Shown: positions 10,833-20,135 of the stretch, piece by piece
Layout: every line of letters begins with the position of its first letter
Position numbering within the stretch: the first letter of the stretch is position 1
Source of the DNA: Mycobacterium tuberculosis H37Rv
GTDB lineage: Bacteria; Actinomycetota; Actinomycetes; Mycobacteriales; Mycobacteriaceae
Direction of reading: 5' to 3'
Assembly: GCF_000195955.2 (NCBI RefSeq)
Contig: NC_000962.3
Location: forward strand, 990,001-1,022,000
Length of the DNA: 32,000 nt
The notes under the pieces: model-generated
The model's database searches: none
What the model was told of the DNA's origin: nothing
What the model saw: only the letters and a program-made list of their open reading frames with translations
Position numbers and translations under genes: made by a program

Positions 10833-12415
10833 AGGCAAGCCAGCACTGCCATCGCGGCGTTGTGACCGCCGATGCCCGACACCGCCCCGCCGCGACGGGC
10901 ACCCGAGCCGCACAGCATGATCCGCTCGTGGTCGGTGGCTACGCCCCACTGCCGTGCCGGTGTGTCCAGCGGATCGTCGTTGTCAGCGAACGGCCAGGAC
11001 AACGCACCGTGGAAGATGTTGCCGCCGGTCATCCCAAGCGTCCGCTGCAGGTCCAGGGTGGTCGTCGTCTCGATGCATGGCTTGCTCTGCGCATCGGTCC
11101 AAAGCACGTCCTGAATCGGTTCGGCCAGAACGGAATTCAGCGACGCTAGGACGGCTGCCGTCAGCCGTTCGGCTAAGCCTTCGGTGTCGCCGAACACCGA
11201 GTGCGGTGTGTGCAAGCCGAACACCGTCAGCGTCTGAGCGCCGGCATCGCGCAACCGGGCGGACAGGATGCTCGGGTCGGTCAGCGAATGGCAGTAGGCT
11301 TCGCAGGGTAGGGGATCCGGCAACCGCCCGCTGGCTGCTTGCGAGTACGCGGCATCCAATTGGCTCCATGTCTCGTTGACGTGGAACGTCCCGGCAAATG
11401 CTTGCTGCGGTGTGACACTGTCGTCGCGCAACCGGGGGAGTCGGCGCACCACCATGTTGACCTTGACCTGTGCGCCCGGGGCCAGTGCCGCAACCGGTTC
11501 ACCGAGCAGGCTGGCCAGCACCGCCGGTGTGACCCCGACCAGAACGAACCGGCCCCGGACCAAATGCTCGGCACCGTCGCTACCGTCGCTGTGGTAGCGC
11601 ACCGTACCGTCTGGATCAAGGGCGAAAACGTCTGCACCGGTGACTATTTCGGCGCCGTGGCGGGCAGCTGCCGTGGCCAGGGCCGAGGTCACCGACCCCA
11701 TGCCGCCGATTGGGACGTGCCAGACTCCGGTGCCCCCACCGACCAGGTGATACAGGAAGCAGATGTTCTGCATCAGCGACGGTTCGTGCATGCGGGCGAA
11801 GGTGCCGATCAGCGCGTCGGTGGCGATCACCCCGCGTAGCAGGTCATTGGCCACCGCGCCGGCGATGGCATGCCCGATCGGCTCGTCGACCATGGCTTGC
11901 CAGGCAGCGGCCGCCTCGTGGCCGCCGTATTCCACAATGTCGCGGCGGGCCTGCTCGCGGGTGCGCAGCGGCTCGATCAGGGTGGGCCACAGCCGTGCGG
12001 TCACCAGCCGGCAGCGCCGGTAGAACGCGGCGAAGCCGTGCGCATCCGGCGCGGCGCCGATCGCCGCGAGGTGCGCTGCGCGTGGTTCGCCGGTGGGCCC
12101 GATGAGCAGGCCAGAGCGCCCGGCCGTGGCTGGGGCAGGGGTGTATGAGGAAAATGGCCGCCGCGCCAACCGCACCGGAGCGCCGAGGTCGGCGACGATG
12201 CGCGACGGCAGCAAGCTGACCAGGTACGAGTAGCGTGACAGCGCGACCTCGACACCGTCGAAGGCCTGTATCGACACCGCGGCCCCCCCAGTCTGTGCCA
12301 GCCGCTCGAGCAGTCGCACTCGAAGCCCGGCCCGGGCCAGGTAGGCGGCCGCGACCAAGCCGTTGTGACCGCCGCCAACCACGACAACGTCGAAGTCCCT
12401 GTCGTGATCGCTCAT
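10808..12415 (-). CDS. FAD-dependent oxidoreductase (phytoene dehydrogenase/amine oxidase-like), 535 aa
   Basis: [48 protein letters not shown]: dinucleotide-binding fold. C-terminal [13 protein letters not shown] and [16 protein letters not shown]. Confidence 0.9.
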   Translation of the reverse strand: MSDHDRDFDVVVVGGGHNGLVAAAYLARAGLRVRLLERLAQTGGAAVSIQAFDGVEVALSRYSYLVSLLPSRIVADLGAPVRLARRPFSSYTPAPATAGRSGLLIGPTGEPRAAHLAAIGAAPDAHGFAAFYRRCRLVTARLWPTLIEPLRTREQARRDIVEYGGHEAAAAWQAMVDEPIGHAIAGAVANDLLRGVIATDALIGTFARMHEPSLMQNICFLYHLVGGGTGVWHVPIGGMGSVTSALATAAARHGAEIVTGADVFALDPDGTVRYHSDGSDGAEHLVRGRFVLVGVTPAVLASLLGEPVAALAPGAQVKVNMVVRRLPRLRDDSVTPQQAFAGTFHVNETWSQLDAAYSQAASGRLPDPLPCEAYCHSLTDPSILSARLRDAGAQTLTVFGLHTPHSVFGDTEGLAERLTAAVLASLNSVLAEPIQDVLWTDAQSKPCIETTTTLDLQRTLGMTGGNIFHGALSWPFADNDDPLDTPARQWGVATDHERIMLCGSGARRGGAVSGIGGHNAAMAVLACLASRRKSP

Positions 12416-12440
12416 AGTGACGGCGGCTATCGAGACGGAT

Positions 12441-12704
12441 CTAGCCGGTGTACCCCTCGACTTGGTCGGCGGGACGCACGACTGCTTCGCGCGGGTCACC
12501 ACCGGTTTGGCGCAATGCCCGTCGCTGTCGGAGCAGGTCCCAGCACTGGTCGAGTTCGATCTCGATGCGGCGCAGTTGCTGCTGCTCCTCGGACTCGCTG
12601 ATGCCACCGTGCCGCAGCTGCGCTCGCAACGCCTTCTCCTCGGCCACCAGGTCACGGATGTGTGCCAGGGTCTCGCTGTCTGTCGGTTTGCGTCCCTTGC
12701 CCAT
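12441..12704 (-). CDS. Small conserved DUF2630-type protein, 87 aa
   Basis: MGKGRKPTDSETLAHIRDLVAEEKALRAQLRHGGISESEEQQQLRRIEIELDQCWDLLRQRRALRQTG; charged helical protein typical of this actinobacterial family. Confidence 0.85.
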   Translation of the reverse strand: MGKGRKPTDSETLAHIRDLVAEEKALRAQLRHGGISESEEQQQLRRIEIELDQCWDLLRQRRALRQTGGDPREAVVRPADQVEGYTG

Positions 12705-12811
12705 GGCTCCAGTGTGCCCGATTTGACGCGGTGTCCCGGCACCGACTCGGTAGGCTGCATATCGCCTGCAGCACGGACGAGACGCGTTCGACGACCTGAG
12801 GGAGTGGCGTA

Positions 12812-13792
12812 GTGGCTTCTAAGGCGGGTTTGGGCCAAACACCCGCGACCACCGACGCGCGACGAACTCAGAAATTCTACCGGGGCTCGCCGGGCCGTCC
12901 GTGGCTGATTGGCGCGGTGGTTATTCCGTTGCTGATAGCGGCAATCGGTTACGGTGCATTCGAGCGGCCCCAGTCCGTTACCGGACCGACCGGTGTGTTG
13001 CCGACACTGACACCGACCAGCACCCGGGGCGCTTCTGCGTTGTCCTTGTCTTTGCTGTCAATTAGCCGCAGCGGCAACACCGTTACTCTGATCGGTGACT
13101 TCCCCGATGAGGCCGCCAAGGCGGCCTTGATGACGGCGCTCAACGGCTTGCTTGCTCCGGGCGTGAACGTCATCGACCAGATTCACGTCGATCCCGTTGT
13201 GCGATCACTTGATTTCTCAAGTGCGGAACCAGTTTTCACCGCCAGCGTGCCGATTCCTGATTTTGGCCTCAAAGTCGAAAGGGACACCGTCACCTTGACC
13301 GGAACTGCCCCTTCATCCGAGCACAAGGACGCAGTGAAGCGCGCGGCGACCAGCACCTGGCCTGACATGAAAATCGTTAACAATATTGAGGTTACGGGGC
13401 AGGCACCGCCAGGACCCCCGGCCTCCGGCCCATGTGCCGACCTGCAATCAGCCATCAATGCCGTGACGGGTGGACCCATCGCGTTTGGCAACGACGGGGC
13501 TAGTCTGATCCCAGCCGACTATGAAATCCTGAACCGGGTAGCCGACAAGCTCAAGGCATGTCCGGACGCTCGGGTGACGATCAACGGCTACACCGACAAC
13601 ACCGGCAGCGAAGGTATCAATATCCCGTTGAGCGCTCAGCGAGCCAAGATAGTCGCCGACTACCTGGTTGCCCGCGGAGTTGCCGGCGATCACATTGCCA
13701 CCGTGGGTCTCGGTTCGGTGAATCCGATCGCCAGCAACGCCACACCCGAGGGGCGCGCCAAGAATCGTCGCGTCGAGATCGTGGTCAACTAA
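12812..13792 (+). CDS. ompA: OmpA-family protein with BON-like central region (OmpATb/ArfA), 326 aa
   Basis: N-terminal membrane helix [21 protein letters not shown]; C-terminal OmpA-like [71 protein letters not shown]. Confidence 0.95.
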
Positions 13793-13804
13793 GGAGAACC
13801 CAGC

Positions 13805-13957
13805 ATGGATTTTGTGATCCAGTGGTCGTGCTACCTGCTGGCGTTCCTGGGGGGCTCGGCTGTTGCCTGGGTAGTCGTCACTCTGTCGATCAAGCGCGCC
13901 AGCCGTGATGAGGGTGCTGCGGAGGCGCCCAGTGCAGCCGAGACAGGCGCACAGTGA
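13805..13957 (+). CDS. arfB: Small membrane protein, 50 aa (ArfB-like, Rv0900)
   Basis: MDFVIQWSCYLLAFLGGSAVAWVVVTLSIKRASRDEGAAEAPSAAETGAQ*; preceded by AAGGAGA at about 13792-13798. Below the ORF-track size cutoff. Confidence 0.88.
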   Translation: MDFVIQWSCYLLAFLGGSAVAWVVVTLSIKRASRDEGAAEAPSAAETGAQ

Positions 13958-14484
13958 TGGAACACGTGCACTGGTGGCTGGCGGGCCTGGCGTTCACGCT
14001 CGGGATGGTGCTGACGTCGACGCTGATGGTCCGGCCCGTCGAACATCAAGTGCTGGTAAAGAAATCGGTCCGCGGGTCAAGCGCTAAGTCCAAGCCGCCA
14101 ACGGCGAGAAAACCCGCCGTCAAGTCGGGCACCAAGAGAGAGGAGTCGCCGACGGCGAAGACCAAGGTGGCAACGGAGTCTGCTGCGGAGCAGATCCCGG
14201 TTGCCGGGGAGCCCGCGGCGGAGCCGATCCCGGTCGCCGGCGAGCCGGCGGCGCGTATTCCGGTGGTTCCGTACGCGCCGTACGGCCCGGGCTCGGCGCG
14301 CGCTGGTGCCGATGGCAGCGGACCGCAGGGGTGGCTGGTGAAGGGCCGCTCGGACACCAGGCTCTACTACACTCCCGAAGATCCGACGTACGACCCTACT
14401 GTCGCCCAGGTTTGGTTCCAGGACGAGGAGTCGGCAGCGCGGGCGTTTTTCACGCCGTGGCGCAAGAGCACACGGCGGACATGA
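13957..14484 (+). CDS. arfC: Membrane protein with Ala/Pro/Glu-rich linker, 175 aa (ArfC-like, Rv0901)
   Basis: MEHVHWWLAGLAFTLGMVLTSTLMV...; ATG overlaps the preceding stop (ATGA), indicating translational coupling. Confidence 0.88.
   Translation: MEHVHWWLAGLAFTLGMVLTSTLMVRPVEHQVLVKKSVRGSSAKSKPPTARKPAVKSGTKREESPTAKTKVATESAAEQIPVAGEPAAEPIPVAGEPAARIPVVPYAPYGPGSARAGADGSGPQGWLVKGRSDTRLYYTPEDPTYDPTVAQVWFQDEESAARAFFTPWRKSTRRT
14188..14253 (+). repeat. 33-bp in-frame tandem duplication in the arfC linker
   Basis: GAGCAGATCCCGGTTGCCGGGGAGCCCGCGGCG / GAGCCGATCCCGGTCGCCGGCGAGCCGGCGGCG, encoding EQIPVAGEPAA / EPIPVAGEPAA. Confidence 0.9.
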
Positions 14485-14500
14485 GGTCAGGGCCGCAGGG

Positions 14501-15841
14501 CTAACTGGGCCCGGGAAGGCGCAACACGAGGCGCGCGCCACCCAGCGGGCTGTTCTCCAGCGACGCGGTGCCGCCGTGCAACTGGGCCTGTTGGGCCACC
14601 AACGCCAGCCCGAGACCCGACCCCGAATGAGATGCCGTGGACCCGCGGGAGAACCGCTCGAACACCACTTGGCGCTCACCTTCGGGCACTCCGCTGCCGT
14701 TGTCGTCGATGGCGATCTCCACGCCGGCCCGCGAGCTGACCGCGGAGAGTTGAACCAGGGTGGCGCCGCCGTGCTTGACCGCGTTGGCGATGGCGTTGTC
14801 GACGGCCAGGCGCAACCCGGCCGGCAAACCCACGATGATGCAGGTCGGCGACGGCACCAGCGATACATCGAGATCGGGGTAGATCCGGGCCGCGTCGTGG
14901 GCGGCGCGGTCGAGCAGGTCGGTGATATCGACCGGCACGTGATCGTCCGAGGTCGACAGTTCGCCCTGGGCCAACCGCTCCAGCGCGCTCAGGGTGGCCT
15001 CAATGCGCGACTGGGTGCGGATGACGTCGTTGAGCACTTCTTTGCGCTGGTCGTCGGGCAGATCCAGGGTGGACAGCACCTCCAGGTTGGTGCGCATCGC
15101 GGTCAGCGGAGTGCGCAGCTCGTGGGAGGACACCGCCGCGAAGTCACGCGCCGACGCAAGCGCCTCCTTGGTTCGGTTCTGCTCGTTCCAGATGCGCTGC
15201 AGCATGCCGCGCATCGCCTCGGCGATCTCGATGGCTTCGCTGGCGCCGTGTACTTCCACGCGTGGCGCCTCGTCGCCCGCGTCGATGGACCGGGTCTGCT
15301 CGGCGAGCTGCTTGAACGGGCGTACCGCGAACGCGGCCAACAGCCAGGCGAACACCGCCGCCGCGCCGATGGCGAAGGTACAGATCAGCAGCACCCGGCG
15401 GTGCAGGTTGTTGGTCTCGGCTACGGTGGCGTCATACGTCGCGCCCACCGCCACCGACGTCGGCTCGGGCCCGGGGATCTCCACCGTGCGCACGCGGTAG
15501 CGCACCCCGCGGACGTAGGTGTCGGCGTAGTCGTCTTGCAGTTTGGGCAGCGTGATGTCGGAATTCGACTTGATCACGTTGCCACGGCGGACCGTGATGA
15601 GGGCGTCCTGGTCGTTCGGTGAGCGCGGGATCTCGTCGAGGCCACGCGGCACGAACGGGATCGCGAAACCCGCGGCCTCGTCGAGCCGGCGGTCCAGCCG
15701 CTCCTTGCGGTCGTTGGTGATCCCGACCCAGACGACGGTGCCGACAATGAGTACCGGGATCGCGGCGCCGATCGCCGTCGCGACCACCACCCGGGTTCGC
15801 AGCGAGGGCGTACGGGCGAAGATCCGCGACAGAATATTCAT
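14501..15841 (-). CDS. prrB: Two-component sensor histidine kinase, 446 aa
   Basis: MNILSRIFARTPSLRTRVVVATAIGAAIPVLIVGTVVW; HAMP-like segment; H-box VSSHELRTPLTAMRTNLEVL; G-boxes IDDNGSGVPEGERQVVFERFSRG and HSGSGLGLALVAQQAQLHGG. Confidence 0.95.
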   Translation of the reverse strand: MNILSRIFARTPSLRTRVVVATAIGAAIPVLIVGTVVWVGITNDRKERLDRRLDEAAGFAIPFVPRGLDEIPRSPNDQDALITVRRGNVIKSNSDITLPKLQDDYADTYVRGVRYRVRTVEIPGPEPTSVAVGATYDATVAETNNLHRRVLLICTFAIGAAAVFAWLLAAFAVRPFKQLAEQTRSIDAGDEAPRVEVHGASEAIEIAEAMRGMLQRIWNEQNRTKEALASARDFAAVSSHELRTPLTAMRTNLEVLSTLDLPDDQRKEVLNDVIRTQSRIEATLSALERLAQGELSTSDDHVPVDITDLLDRAAHDAARIYPDLDVSLVPSPTCIIVGLPAGLRLAVDNAIANAVKHGGATLVQLSAVSSRAGVEIAIDDNGSGVPEGERQVVFERFSRGSTASHSGSGLGLALVAQQAQLHGGTASLENSPLGGARLVLRLPGPS

Positions 15842-15851
15842 GCATGCCCCG

Positions 15852-16562
15852 TCACTGCATACGCAGCACGAATCCGACTCCGCGGACGGTATGCAGCAGC
15901 CTAGGGCCACCGCCGGCCTCCAGTTTGCGCCGCAGGTACCCGATGAAGACGTCCACCACGTTGGTGTCGGCGGCGAAGTCGTAGCCCCACACCAATTCCA
16001 GGAGTTGCGCTCGGGAGAGCACCGCGGTCTTGTGCTCGGCCAGCACCGCGAGCAGGTCGAATTCGCGCTTGGTCAGGTCGACGTCGACGCCGTTGACCCG
16101 GGCCCGCCGGCCGGGGATGTCCACCTCCAGCGGGCCCACCGTGATGGTTTCCGAGGACGACGTTGCAGTGGAGCCGCGGCGGCGCAGCAGCGCCTTCACC
16201 CGTGCCACCAGCTCGGCCAGCACGAACGGTTTCACCAGGTAATCGTCGGCGCCGGCCTCCAATCCGGCCACTCGGTCATCGACAGAGCTGCGTGCGGATA
16301 GCACACAGACCGGGACGTCGTTGTCCATCGCGCGTAGTGCCGTCACGACGCTGACTCCATCGAGCACTGGCATGTTGATGTCGAGCACGATCGCGTCCGG
16401 CCGGTTCTCGGTGGCGCTGCGCAAGGCCTCGGCGCCGTCCACCGCGGTCGCTACCTCGAATCCGGACAGCCGTAAGCCGCGTTCCAGCGAGGCGAGCACA
16501 TCGGAGTCGTCGTCGACGACCAACACCCGAGGTGAGGTCACACCAGTGTCCATGCCGCCCAT
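15852..16562 (-). CDS. prrA: OmpR-family response regulator, 236 aa
   Basis: [34 protein letters not shown] receiver domain, [14 protein letters not shown] phospho-acceptor, C-terminal winged helix [53 protein letters not shown]. Confidence 0.96.
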
Positions 16563-16618
16563 TTTGCCTGATTACCGTCCAGCAGGGTGGGAGGGTGAGC
16601 CGCCGGGTCGCGTGCTGG

Positions 16619-16678
16619 GCGAGCAGACACAGAGTCGCATCAAAACCGCCGATTTTGTGCGACTCTGTGTCTGCTCGC
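16619..16678 (-). terminator. Large hairpin downstream of accD3 (TRIT-like terminator)
   Basis: Perfect 21-bp arms GCGAGCAGACACAGAGTCGCA (16619-16639) and TGCGACTCTGTGTCTGCTCGC (16658-16678); inner AAAA/TTTT can extend the stem with one bulge. Confidence 0.8.
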
Positions 16679-16692
16679 GGGGTGCGCGCGGG

Positions 16693-18180
16693 TTAGTCGC
16701 GGGGCAACCCGATCCGGCGGTAGCGTTGCAACCGAGTCGCGAGGCGTTCCGGGGCCGGTATCTTCCGTAACGCGTGCACTTCGGCGGCGATGGCGTTCGA
16801 CAGTCGTAGGGCGAACTCGATCGGCTCGTCTGCGGCGTCGGGGTACTCCGGCACGATGGTGTCGACAATCCCCGACTTCAGTAGGTCGGCCGACCGGATG
16901 CCTTGGGCGGCAGCGAGTTCGGCGGCATGAGCAGTGTCTCGGAACACGATCGCGCTGGCTCCTTCGGGAGGCAAGGGCGCCAGCCAGCCGTGGAGTGCGG
17001 CCAGCACCCGGTCGGCGGGCAACATCGCCAGCGCCGGCCCGCCGCTGCCCTGGCCCAGCAGGATCGACACGGTCGGGGTATCCAGCGTGACGAGCTCGGC
17101 CAGGCAATGCGCGATCTGGCCGGCCAGCCCGCCCTGTTCGGCTGCGGCCGACAACGCGGGTCCGGCCGCGTCAATGACCAGCACCAGCGGCAGGCACAGC
17201 TCGGCGGCGAGCGCCATCCCGCGTCGGGCTTCGCGTAACGCAGCGGGCCCGACAGTGCTTCCCCCGCCGCCTACTGCCCTTTGCTGGCCGAGGACCACCG
17301 TGGGTTGGCCGCCAAAGCGGGCCAGCGCCAGCAGCGTGGTCGCCGCTTCGCCTTGATCGGTTCCTGACAACAACACCCGGTCGGTGGCGCCGTGTCGCAG
17401 TAGCTGCCTGACGCCCGGCCGGTCCGGCCGGCGCGATGCCACCACCGAGTCCCACGTGGGCACATCGGGTACGGGCGCGGGCGTCTGCGGTGCCGGAAGC
17501 GGTTCGGGAGCGTCGATGAGCACCGTCAACGCACGATCCAGCATCGGTCGTAGCCGGTCCAGTGCAACGACGCCGTCGATGATCCCATGCCGCCGTAGAT
17601 TCTCGGCGGTTTGGACGCCGGATGGGAAGGGGTCGCCATAGAGCAACTCATAGACCCGTGGTCCCAGAAAGCCGATCAGGGCGCCCGGCTCGGCGACGGT
17701 GAGATGCCCCAGCGAGCCCCACGACGCGAAAACTCCACCCGTGGTCGGATGGCGCAAATAGACCAGGTAGGGCAGGCGCGCCTGGTTGTGCAGCTGGATG
17801 GCCGCAGCGATCTTCACCATCTGCAGAAACGCGACCGTGCCTTCTTGCATGCGGGTGCCTCCCGAGCTTGGTGACGCCAGTAGCGGCAGCCGCTCGGCGG
17901 TCGCCCGCTCGACGGCGGCGGTGATCCGTTCGGCCGCTGCCACCCCAATCGAGCCGCCCAGGAAGTCGAACTCACAGGCCACCACGGCCACCCGCCGCCC
18001 GAATACGCGTCCCTCACCGGTCTGCACCGATTCGTCCGCGCCGGTGGCCGCCCGAGCGGCGGCCAGCTCCCGCGCATAGGAGTCGGCTACCGGCACCGCC
18101 AGCGGCTCGCTATCCCAGCTGACGAAAGATCCCCGGTCTAGCACCGCGTGCCGCAGTTGGTCGGTCGTGATACGACTCAC
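16693..18180 (-). CDS. accD3: Putative acyl-CoA carboxylase beta subunit, 495 aa
   Basis: Carboxyltransferase features: FLGGSIGVAAAERIT, RLPLLASPSSGGTRMQEG, and a second-half RRGMALAAELCLPLVLVIDAAGP. GTG start at 18180. Confidence 0.92.
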   Translation of the reverse strand: MSRITTDQLRHAVLDRGSFVSWDSEPLAVPVADSYARELAAARAATGADESVQTGEGRVFGRRVAVVACEFDFLGGSIGVAAAERITAAVERATAERLPLLASPSSGGTRMQEGTVAFLQMVKIAAAIQLHNQARLPYLVYLRHPTTGGVFASWGSLGHLTVAEPGALIGFLGPRVYELLYGDPFPSGVQTAENLRRHGIIDGVVALDRLRPMLDRALTVLIDAPEPLPAPQTPAPVPDVPTWDSVVASRRPDRPGVRQLLRHGATDRVLLSGTDQGEAATTLLALARFGGQPTVVLGQQRAVGGGGSTVGPAALREARRGMALAAELCLPLVLVIDAAGPALSAAAEQGGLAGQIAHCLAELVTLDTPTVSILLGQGSGGPALAMLPADRVLAALHGWLAPLPPEGASAIVFRDTAHAAELAAAQGIRSADLLKSGIVDTIVPEYPDAADEPIEFALRLSNAIAAEVHALRKIPAPERLATRLQRYRRIGLPRD

Positions 18181-18189
18181 GCGATGAGG

Positions 18190-18197
18190 CTATATAG
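18190..18197. promoter_or_regulatory. Palindromic CTATATAG, candidate shared bidirectional -10 region
   Basis: Lies midway in the 26-bp gap between divergent start codons at 18180 (-) and 18207 (+). Confidence 0.45.
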
Positions 18198-18206
18198 GCT
18201 GACCCA

Positions 18207-18938
18207 ATGATCGGTATCACCCAGGCAGAAGCCGTGCTGACCATTGAGCTGCAACGCCCGGAGCGCCGCAACGCCTTAAATTCCCAGCTGGTCGAGGAGC
18301 TTACGCAGGCCATCCGGAAAGCCGGGGATGGATCGGCTCGGGCGATCGTGCTGACCGGCCAAGGCACCGCGTTCTGCGCTGGCGCGGACCTGAGCGGAGA
18401 CGCATTCGCCGCCGATTATCCCGACCGGCTCATCGAGCTGCACAAGGCGATGGACGCCTCCCCGATGCCAGTGGTCGGCGCGATCAACGGTCCCGCCATC
18501 GGCGCCGGCTTGCAGCTTGCCATGCAATGCGACCTGCGGGTTGTCGCGCCCGATGCCTTCTTCCAGTTTCCGACGTCGAAATACGGTCTGGCCCTGGATA
18601 ACTGGAGCATCCGCCGGCTGTCGTCGTTGGTTGGGCACGGACGTGCCCGCGCGATGCTGCTCAGCGCGGAAAAGCTGACCGCCGAGATCGCACTGCACAC
18701 CGGAATGGCGAATCGCATTGGCACTTTGGCCGACGCCCAGGCCTGGGCCGCCGAGATCGCCAGGCTGGCACCACTGGCTATCCAGCACGCCAAGCGGGTG
18801 CTCAACGACGACGGCGCTATCGAGGAAGCGTGGCCGGCCCATAAGGAACTCTTCGACAAAGCCTGGGGCAGCCAGGATGTCATCGAAGCGCAGGTTGCCC
18901 GGATGGAAAAGCGGCCGCCGAAGTTCCAAGGGGCTTAA
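18207..18938 (+). CDS. echA6: Enoyl-CoA hydratase/isomerase family protein, 243 aa
   Basis: [53 protein letters not shown]; crotonase signature. Confidence 0.95.
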
Positions 18939-18943
18939 CCGTC

Positions 18944-20062
18944 ATGGTGCGCCGAGCGCTACGACTGGCGGCCGGCACCGCCTCGCTGGCCGCCGGCACG
19001 TGGCTGTTGCGTGCGCTGCACGGCACGCCGGCCGCGCTCGGTGCCGACGCGGCGTCGATCAGGGCTGTGTCGGAGCAATCGCCGAACTATCGTGACGGCG
19101 CCTTCGTCAACCTGGATCCCGCGTCGATGTTCACCCTGGATCGCGAGGAGCTTCGGCTCATCGTGTGGGAGTTAGTGGCCAGACACAGTGCGAGCCGGCC
19201 GGCGGCGCCGATCCCGTTGGCCTCGCCGAATATCTACCGGGGTGACGCCAGCCGGCTCGCCGTCAGCTGGTTCGGTCACTCGACGGCGCTGCTGGAAATC
19301 GACGGCTACCGGGTGCTTACCGATCCGGTGTGGAGCGATCGGTGCTCACCGTCCGACGTCGTCGGCCCCCAGCGCCTGCATCCGCCGCCGGTGCAACTGG
19401 CAGCTCTCCCGGCCGTCGACGCCGTGGTCATCAGCCACGACCACTACGACCATCTCGATATCGACACCGTGGTTGCGCTGGTCGGCATGCAACGGGCCCC
19501 GTTCCTTGTGCCGCTCGGGGTCGGCGCCCACCTTCGGTCGTGGGGTGTTCCGCAGGATCGCATTGTTGAGCTCGACTGGAACCAGAGCGCTCAGGTCGAT
19601 GAGCTCACCGTGGTCTGCGTGCCGGCACGGCACTTCTCGGGACGGTTCCTGAGCCGCAACACCACACTGTGGGCCTCGTGGGCGTTTGTTGGGCCGAACC
19701 ATCGCGCCTACTTCGGCGGTGATACCGGATACACCAAGAGCTTCACCCAGATCGGCGCGGACCACGGACCGTTCGACCTGACCCTGCTGCCCATCGGGGC
19801 CTACAACACGGCGTGGCCGGACATCCACATGAACCCCGAGGAGGCGGTCCGGGCGCACCTGGACGTCACCGATTCGGGCTCGGGAATGCTGGTGCCGGTG
19901 CACTGGGGCACCTTCCGGCTGGCCCCCCATCCGTGGGGCGAGCCGGTCGAGCGGCTGCTCGCGGCGGCTGAACCCGAGCACGTCACGGTAGCCGTGCCGC
20001 TACCCGGTCAGCGGGTCGACCCGACCGGGCCCATGAGATTGCACCCATGGTGGCGGCTGTAA
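18944..20062 (+). CDS. Metallo-beta-lactamase-fold protein (NAPE-PLD/RomA-like), 372 aa
   Basis: GHSTALLEIDGYRVLTDPVW, VISHDHYDHLDIDT, YFGGDTGYT, VPVHWGTF; N-terminal hydrophobic segment LAAGTASLAAGTWLL. Confidence 0.92.
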   Translation: MVRRALRLAAGTASLAAGTWLLRALHGTPAALGADAASIRAVSEQSPNYRDGAFVNLDPASMFTLDREELRLIVWELVARHSASRPAAPIPLASPNIYRGDASRLAVSWFGHSTALLEIDGYRVLTDPVWSDRCSPSDVVGPQRLHPPPVQLAALPAVDAVVISHDHYDHLDIDTVVALVGMQRAPFLVPLGVGAHLRSWGVPQDRIVELDWNQSAQVDELTVVCVPARHFSGRFLSRNTTLWASWAFVGPNHRAYFGGDTGYTKSFTQIGADHGPFDLTLLPIGAYNTAWPDIHMNPEEAVRAHLDVTDSGSGMLVPVHWGTFRLAPHPWGEPVERLLAAAEPEHVTVAVPLPGQRVDPTGPMRLHPWWRL

Positions 20063-20135
20063 TTCCCCGCAGCGCCCGGCTAATGGTGCTAGGGGGCGAG
20101 CCGAGGCGATCAAACCACCGAGTGTTCCGGCCGCG

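Noticed and set aside
14994-16301. Plus-strand ORFs of 168, 252 and 348 aa antisense to prrB and prrA
   Set aside because: Antisense frames of well-supported two-component genes; amino acid composition is not protein-like.
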